Shown here: piece by piece, positions 58,240 to 64,000 of the stretch
How the letters are laid out: each line of letters opens with the position of its first letter
How positions within the stretch are numbered: the first letter of the stretch is position 1
Source: an uncultured Gemmatimonadales bacterium
GTDB lineage: Bacteria; Gemmatimonadota; Gemmatimonadetes; Gemmatimonadales; Gemmatimonadaceae
Direction: 5' to 3'
Assembly: GCA_963701965.1 (NCBI GenBank)
Contig: OY969695.1
Coordinates: 1,952,001 to 2,016,000 of the forward strand
DNA length: 64,000 nt
The notes under the pieces: generated by a model
The model's input: only the letters and a program-made list of their open reading frames with translations
Told to the model about the DNA's origin: nothing
Databases searched by the model: none
Position numbers and translations under genes: made by a program

Positions 58240-58504
58240 GTCTCTCCTGCCATTTCGCACTTTCGCATTTTCGCGCGGATTCGAACTCGTTACATGCGAA
58301 CTGGTGCGGCTGCTGGCGCGTTTGCGAGGCGCCGATCGGTCGTGGAGACGAACGCACGACGCATTGAAGGCATCGCCCGCGATTGGCAGACCGGCCGGTC
58401 TGCACAGCGACGTACCATCTGCCGATCGCGCAGACTTCGCCAACGACACCCGCAGCCGACGATCGCTGCTTGCGAGGCGTTATAACTCGTGCGACCCATC
58501 ACCA

Positions 58505-59726
58505 TTAGACGGTAAGCGAGCGCACTCCCTCCACGAACCGATCCACTTCCTCCTCCGTCGCATAGCACGCGCACCCCGCGCGGACGACGCCCTCGGGACA
58601 CACTTTCGCGATCACCGTCGATGCGTAGAAATCGCCGCTCGACGCGAAGAGAGCGGCCCTTGCCAGATGGCGTGCGACATCGTCGGGATGCGCGCCGCGG
58701 TAGGAGAACGACAGCGTCGACGTGCGCGGCCGGTCGGGCTTCGGCCCGTAGAGCGTCACCGCGGGGATCGCGGCGAGACCCATCCAGAGCCGCGTGAGCA
58801 GCGCGCGCCCCGCGTGATCGAGCGCCGTGAGCGACGAGACGAGACGCTGGCGTCGTGTGCCCGTCGCCAGAGCGAGCGACGCCAGGAAGTCGATCGCGGC
58901 GCGGGTGCCGATGATGCCCTCGTGATCGAGCGTGCCGGTCTCGAAACGCTCGGGCGCCGTATCAGGGGCTGGATCGAGCTTCGGCACATCGATCGACGAC
59001 AGCAGGCGACGCCTGGCCGTACAAGACGCCGACGTGCGGGCCGTAGAATTTGTACGCCGAGCAGGCGAGGAAGTCGCAATCCCACGCTCTGACGTCAATG
59101 ACGGCGTGCGGCGCGTAGTGCACCGCGTCGACGTAGAACAACGCGCCGGCACTGCGGGCCAGGCGCCCAATTGTCATCAGATCGTTGATCGTGCCAAGCG
59201 CGTTGGAAGCGGCACCGACGGCGACCAAGCGCGTGCGCGGGGACAGGAACCGGGACAGCGCCTCGAGATCGAGCTCGCCCGTGGCGGCATCGAACGGCAC
59301 TACCCGAATCGTGATACCACGCTCGCGCGCCAGCGCCTGCCATGGGGCGACGTTGCCCTGGTGATCCAGCTCGGTGACGATCACCTCGTCGCCCGGCCCC
59401 CACGCGCGCCCCAGCGCGCGGGCCACGTGGAACGTCAACGTCGTCATGTTGGCACCGAACACGATCTCGTCCGGCGTCGCGTTCACGAGATCGGCCGCCG
59501 CCGCGCGCGCGTCAGCGATCATCGCGTCGGTCTCCGCGCTCGACGGATACGGCCAGTGCGTGTTGGCGTTGTGATGATAGAGATAGTCCGCCATCGCCTC
59601 GACCACCGGCGTGGGCACCTGGGTGCCGCCCGGGCCGTCGAAATAGGCGACCGGGAGACCGTTGTGGCAACGCGTCAACGCCGGGAATGCGGCGCGGATC
59701 TCGGACGTCGTTTTAGGCGTCGTCAT
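58505..59726 (-). pseudogene. Cysteine desulfurase-like class V aminotransferase, frameshifted near 59015 (possible sequencing error)
   Basis: YFDGPGGTQVP, VDAVHYAPH and CSAYKFYGPH in one frame, ERFETGT in another; removing one base gives ~406 aa. Confidence 0.8.
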
Positions 59727-59768
59727 GGTTTAAAGCTAAGAATGAGCAAGTCACGAAGTGATCCAATA

Positions 59769-59972
59769 TCACGTCACCCAATCTCACGTCACCCAAGTTC
59801 ACGTCACTCAGTTCACGTCACGCAAGTTCACGTCACCCAGTTCACGTCACCCAGTTCACGTCACCCAGTTCACGTCACCCAGTTCACGTCACCCAGTTCA
59901 CGTCACCCAGTCTCACATCACCCAGTCTCACGTCACCCAGTCTCACGTCACCCAGTCTCACGTAATCCAATA
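59769..59972. repeat. Tandem array of 14 units of 14-15 bp (TCACGTCACCCAGT[C])
   Basis: Units counted directly; the array is bounded by ATCCAATATC direct repeats at 59761-59770 and 59965-59974. Confidence 0.95.
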
Positions 59973-61115
59973 TCGCCAGGCCACGGCGATCGTCGCGAGC
60001 TGCACCGCGACGACGAGCGCCACACAGCCGGGCCACCCGCCCCAGCGCCAGAGGATGCCAGGGAGCTCGCTGCCGACGCTTCCCCCGAAATAGTAGCAGG
60101 CGACGTAGAGCCCGGCCGCCGAGGACCGCGTCGCGGCCGGCGCGGCATGCTGGAGAAAGGACGTCGACGCCGACTGACAGACGAAGACCGCCGAGCTGCA
60201 GACCGCGAGCCCGAGCGCCACCAGTGCGAGATTGTGCGTCAGCGTCAATGGCATGGCGCCGGCCGCGATGGCCAGCGCGATCGAGAGCGCACGCCGCGAT
60301 CCGAAGCGATCGATCCACCGCCCCGCGATCGGCGTCACCGGCACTCCGACCAGATACACGACGAAGATGCTGGAGAGCAGCGCCGGTCCGAGCAGGAACG
60401 GCGGCGCCGCCAGATAGAACGTGACATACGTGAACGTCGCCACCAGCGAGAACAGCACACAAAAACCCACCACGTACGTCGCCAGCAACCGCCGATCGGT
60501 GAAATGCGCGAACATGGCGACGAACCCCCGCGCGAATGGAACCCGCCGCGGTTGGAATCGCGTCTCCGCGGGAAGCCATCGCCACGTCACCAACGCCCCC
60601 GCGATGTTGAGCGCCCCGAGGACGACGAACGCCATCCGCCACCCCGCAGCCGCGGTGACAAAACCCGTGATCACGCGGCCACTGAAGCCCCCAATGACGT
60701 TGCCCGTCACCAGCGCCGCCATCGCCGCCCCCACCCCGCGACCCGCGAACTCCTCCGTCACATAGGCAATGGAGACCGCAAAGACCGCCGGCATGACCAT
60801 CCCCTGCAAGAACCGCCAGAACACGAGCGCGTGCAGCGAATGCGACGTCCCTGCCAGCATGGTCGGGATGGCGAGCAACGCCATGGCCGGCACGATCACC
60901 CGTTTTCGCCCCAGCCGGTCCGCCGCCAATCCAACCAGGGGCGCCGCCAGCGAGACGGCGAGCGTCGACGCGCTCACCGTCGCGGCGACCGCCGCTTTGG
61001 AGACGTGAAACTCCGCCTCCAGCGTGGGCAGGAGCGGCTGCGTCGCGTAGAGGCCGAGAAAGGCGCACACACCGCTGGCGCCGACCGCGAGCAACTCCTG
61101 ACGGGTCGCGTTCAT
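59958..61115 (-). CDS. MFS transporter (YnfM-like)
   Basis: LYATQPLLP, G.AADRLGRKR motif A, GLYVACYYFGGSVG. Confidence 0.9.
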   Translation of the reverse strand: MNATRQELLAVGASGVCAFLGLYATQPLLPTLEAEFHVSKAAVAATVSASTLAVSLAAPLVGLAADRLGRKRVIVPAMALLAIPTMLAGTSHSLHALVFWRFLQGMVMPAVFAVSIAYVTEEFAGRGVGAAMAALVTGNVIGGFSGRVITGFVTAAAGWRMAFVVLGALNIAGALVTWRWLPAETRFQPRRVPFARGFVAMFAHFTDRRLLATYVVGFCVLFSLVATFTYVTFYLAAPPFLLGPALLSSIFVVYLVGVPVTPIAGRWIDRFGSRRALSIALAIAAGAMPLTLTHNLALVALGLAVCSSAVFVCQSASTSFLQHAAPAATRSSAAGLYVACYYFGGSVGSELPGILWRWGGWPGCVALVVAVQLATIAVAWRYWIT

Positions 61116-62545
61116 GCCGCGCGCGCCGCGGCCGCCAACACCTCATCGATCAACGCGTCGATGTCGGACTCCTGCGTCAGATGATTGACGAGGCACGCCC
61201 GCAACCAGAAGCGCCCGTCCAACACCGTCCCTGAAAGAAACGCCCGCCCCCCGAGCTGAATGTCGCGCAGCACCGCACGATTTCTTTCGTCAGACCCTGC
61301 AATTCGAAAGCACACGATGCTGAGCGACGACGGCTCCCACAACTCGAGCGACGGCAACGCCCGCACGCCCGCCGCCAGGCGGGCCGCCAGTCCGCAGTCC
61401 CGGGTGATGCGCGCCGCATAGCCCGCGAACCCGTGGTGCCGCAGCGCCATCCATGTCTTGAGCGCGCGAAACCCACGCGTCTGCTGGATGCCGTACTCGC
61501 TGAACCACGGCGGCCCTTGCACACCGTGCGCGTTCTCGTCCGTCCGCAAATACGCCGGCACCAGGCTGAACGTCTCCCGCATGAGCGCCGCATCGCGCAC
61601 GACCACGAGCCCACTCTCCACCGGCACGGACAGCCACTTGTGCGGGTCCATCGCCACGCTGTCGGCGCGGGCGATCGGCGCCAGCGCCTCGCGATACGCA
61701 TCGGTGAGAATGGCCGGCGCCCCGTAGGCGCCATCGACGTGCAGCCACAGCCCGCGCCGGGCGCACACGTCGGCGATAGGGCCCAGCGGGTCGATCGCTC
61801 CCGTGTTCACCGTTCCGGCACTGGCAACGACCGCCATGGGGCAGTCACCGCGCGCCAGGTCATCGGCGATCATCCCGTCGAGGGCCACGGGATCGAGGCG
61901 CAGCGCGGCGTCCGTCGGAACGGCGCGCAGTGCTGTGCGCCCGAGGCCCAGAATCTCGACGGCCTTTTGATGACAGGAATGGGCCTCCGCCGACGCGTAG
62001 ACCCTGAGGCGGGCATCGGCCGGCAGCCCGTCGGCGCGAACGTCCCAACCGAGCCGGCGGCACGCCGCGGTGCGGGCGACCGCCAGCGCCGTTAGCGCGG
62101 CCGCCGACGATCCGCTCACCAGCAGTCCCATGGCCTCCGCCGGCGCCCCGAGGATGGCTTTGACCCAGGCCACGACCTGATGCTCGACGTAGACCGCGGC
62201 GTGGTTGCCGCCCGCCACGCTCGGGTTCATAGTCGCGGCCAACGCTTCGGCGAAAATGCCGATCACGGTGGGCGGCGAGTTCACCCAACCGAAGAACCGC
62301 GGGTGCCCGTTACCGAACGGATACACCGCGATCTCGCGCGCGAAGTCGGCGAGGATATCATCGGGGGTTGCCGGAGCCAGCGGCGGCGGAGCGCTCGCCC
62401 AGGCGCGCGCCTGCTCGCGCGGCACCGGTCGAAAGACGGGCTCATCGGACAGTTCGGCGAGATATCGCGCGATGAGATCGACGACCAGCCCACCGACCCG
62501 CCTGACCTCGGCGTCTGTCCACTCGGTACCGTTAGTGGGGACCAT
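61112..62545 (-). CDS. Group II PLP-dependent amino-acid decarboxylase
   Basis: HPRFFGW, AGTVNTGAIDP, WLHVDGAYG, DPHKWL, RALKTW. Confidence 0.9.
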   Translation of the reverse strand: MVPTNGTEWTDAEVRRVGGLVVDLIARYLAELSDEPVFRPVPREQARAWASAPPPLAPATPDDILADFAREIAVYPFGNGHPRFFGWVNSPPTVIGIFAEALAATMNPSVAGGNHAAVYVEHQVVAWVKAILGAPAEAMGLLVSGSSAAALTALAVARTAACRRLGWDVRADGLPADARLRVYASAEAHSCHQKAVEILGLGRTALRAVPTDAALRLDPVALDGMIADDLARGDCPMAVVASAGTVNTGAIDPLGPIADVCARRGLWLHVDGAYGAPAILTDAYREALAPIARADSVAMDPHKWLSVPVESGLVVVRDAALMRETFSLVPAYLRTDENAHGVQGPPWFSEYGIQQTRGFRALKTWMALRHHGFAGYAARITRDCGLAARLAAGVRALPSLELWEPSSLSIVCFRIAGSDERNRAVLRDIQLGGRAFLSGTVLDGRFWLRACLVNHLTQESDIDALIDEVLAAAARAA

Positions 62546-62602
62546 GTTCACGGGCGAAAAAAGCCTTGCATCCACAGCGCGAAACGGCGACTCTCTGTAA
62601 CG

Positions 62603-63286
62603 ATGGAGTCACAGGAAGAGTTTACGCCACCGCCGGTCGACGCGTTCGCAATCGGGTCCGCTCCCGAAGCCGCGCCCGAGACCAAGGCACAGGCGCGGCG
62701 CGTGAGGCGCACGCCCGCGTACACGCTCGACCTGCTGGTGGTGCGGCACGGGCCGGCCGGCGATCGCGAGGAGTTCGCGCGCACGGGCCGCGACGATGAC
62801 GAGCGGCCGCTGACCGCCAAGGGCATCCGGCAGATGCGGCGGGCGGCGGGCGGCCTGGTGGAGCTGATCGAGTCCGTGGACACCCTTGGCACCAGTCCCC
62901 TCGTGCGGGCGCGGGAGACCGCCGCCATCGTGGCCGAGGCCTGGGACGTCGCGCCCGACGAGGTCGGCGCCTTGGGTGAGGGAGACCGGCGCGGGATGCT
63001 CCGGTGGGTCCGGAACACGGCCGCAGTGGTCGCCCGGAAACGCCGCAAAAGCCACCCGGCGGACGCGGCCCATGTCACCGTCGCCATCGTCGGTCATGAG
63101 CCGGACCTCGGCGCGTTCATCGCCTGGCTGCTGTCGGGCCGGCCCGCCGAGGCGGTCGGTGACCCCTGGATCGAGCTCAAGAAAGGCGGGGCGTGTCTGC
63201 TCTCCTTCGCCAGCCGGCCGACACCGAGGCACGGCCGTCTCGAGTGGTGCCTGACGCGGTCCCAGCTCGAACGATTGAGGCGCTGA
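62603..63286 (+). CDS. sixA: SixA-like histidine phosphatase
   Basis: VRHG, RPLT.KG, TSPLVRARETA, IVGHEPDL, LKKGG. Confidence 0.82.
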   Translation: MESQEEFTPPPVDAFAIGSAPEAAPETKAQARRVRRTPAYTLDLLVVRHGPAGDREEFARTGRDDDERPLTAKGIRQMRRAAGGLVELIESVDTLGTSPLVRARETAAIVAEAWDVAPDEVGALGEGDRRGMLRWVRNTAAVVARKRRKSHPADAAHVTVAIVGHEPDLGAFIAWLLSGRPAEAVGDPWIELKKGGACLLSFASRPTPRHGRLEWCLTRSQLERLRR

Positions 63287-63291
63287 CCCAC

Positions 63292-64000
63292 ATGAGTGGA
63301 TTGGGGGAGTTTCTCGACCAACCGGTCGAGCGGGCCGCGCGTCTCGTCGCGATCGACCTCCTGCGCCAGGCGGCCGCGGCGCGGGAGCGGCTGATCGATC
63401 CCGCCGACGTCGAAGCGCTCCACGATTTTCGCGTGGCGATGCGCCGGCTCCGGACGTGGCTCCGCGCCTATCGTCCGCACCTGGGCGGCAGCGTCCGCAA
63501 ACGCGAGCGCCGGCGGCTCAAGCGCGTCACGTGCGCGACCGGCGCGGCGCGCGACACCGAGGTGCAGCTCGCCTGGCTCGCCGAGCGTGAGTCGACGCTG
63601 GATGTCGCCGAGCGGTTCGGCGCCACGCACCTCCGCCACCGGTTGGAACGCAAGAAGCACGAGGCAACGGCTGGCATGCACACCGCCATCAGCCGGCATT
63701 TCGCGCGGGCGGCGGGCGAGTTGGCGGTCGCCCTGCCCGTCTATTACATCCCGGCCCGCGTCGATGAGCCGTTGCGCACCACGCCGATGGCCGCGGCGGC
63801 GGCCGAGGTCGTCCATCGCAGCACGGCGTTGTTGCGCGACCGGCTGCGGCGGGTCCGCTCCGTCGACGATCAGGAGTTGGCGCACGACGCGCGCATCGAA
63901 GGCAAGCGGCTGCGCTACGTGCTGGAGCCCATCGCCGACTGGGTCGAGGGCGCGCCCGAGATCATCCGGCAGCTCAAACGGCTCCAGGACGTGATCGGCG
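63292..64000 (+). CDS. CHAD-domain protein, truncated by the window end
   Basis: Manual translation from ATG 63292: EALHDFRVAMRRLR...ARDTEV...AHDARIEGKRLRYVLE...LKRLQDVIG. Confidence 0.85.
   Translation, partial: MSGLGEFLDQPVERAARLVAIDLLRQAAAARERLIDPADVEALHDFRVAMRRLRTWLRAYRPHLGGSVRKRERRRLKRVTCATGAARDTEVQLAWLAERESTLDVAERFGATHLRHRLERKKHEATAGMHTAISRHFARAAGELAVALPVYYIPARVDEPLRTTPMAAAAAEVVHRSTALLRDRLRRVRSVDDQELAHDARIEGKRLRYVLEPIADWVEGAPEIIRQLKRLQDVIG

Noticed and set aside
57520..58500. Mobile element around the VapBC-like pair
   Set aside because: No integrase, transposase, terminal repeats or target duplication were seen; only a trivial TTTCGC triplet near 58253-58274.
58990..59030. Programmed frameshift in the desulfurase-like gene
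   Set aside because: There is no slippery sequence; one extra base is better explained by error or recent mutation, given the other indels in the window.
59761..59974. CRISPR array, or a His-rich ORF (59758-60093, HVTQS repeats)
   Set aside because: Units are contiguous with no unique spacers and no cas genes are present; mixed 14/15-bp units do not preserve a frame, and the ORF runs antisense into the MFS gene.

Overview
GC-rich bacterial chromosomal window. The gene repertoire (SusC/RagA-SusD pairs, ADOP-type duplicated permease, DUF5916-like protein) suggests Gemmatimonadota, which is an inference only. It holds about 45 CDS; I found no rRNA, tRNA, CRISPR array or transposase. Left part: polysaccharide deacetylase, orphan TonB receptor, gmhA, an aldo/keto reductase with a 63-bp in-frame hairpin insert, ligD, a GGDEF-EAL protein and a NitT/TauT-type ABC pair. 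Best candidate for an undescribed system (19.8-22.9 kb): a 72-aa exported peptide, not called separately in the ORF track, with three identical SGIGAGSSG cores. It is convergent with a TPR-like protein and divergent from an AraC-like regulator and receiver operon, an RRNPP-like signalling layout. Second candidate (29-53 kb): a twice-repeated operon SusC-SusD-small accessory protein-Met-rich multicopper oxidase-His-motif beta-propeller, with an accessory/oxidase fusion, a Tat oxalate decarboxylase, an esterase and an S9 peptidase homologue lacking the catalytic Asp and His. Right part: DinB, DUF3108, PHP, YncE, a VapBC-like pair, a PLP decarboxylase-MFS-desulfurase-like cluster with a 14-unit tandem array, SixA and a partial CHAD gene. 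Four single-base frameshifts suggest read or assembly errors. Family calls come from motif recognition, not database searches.
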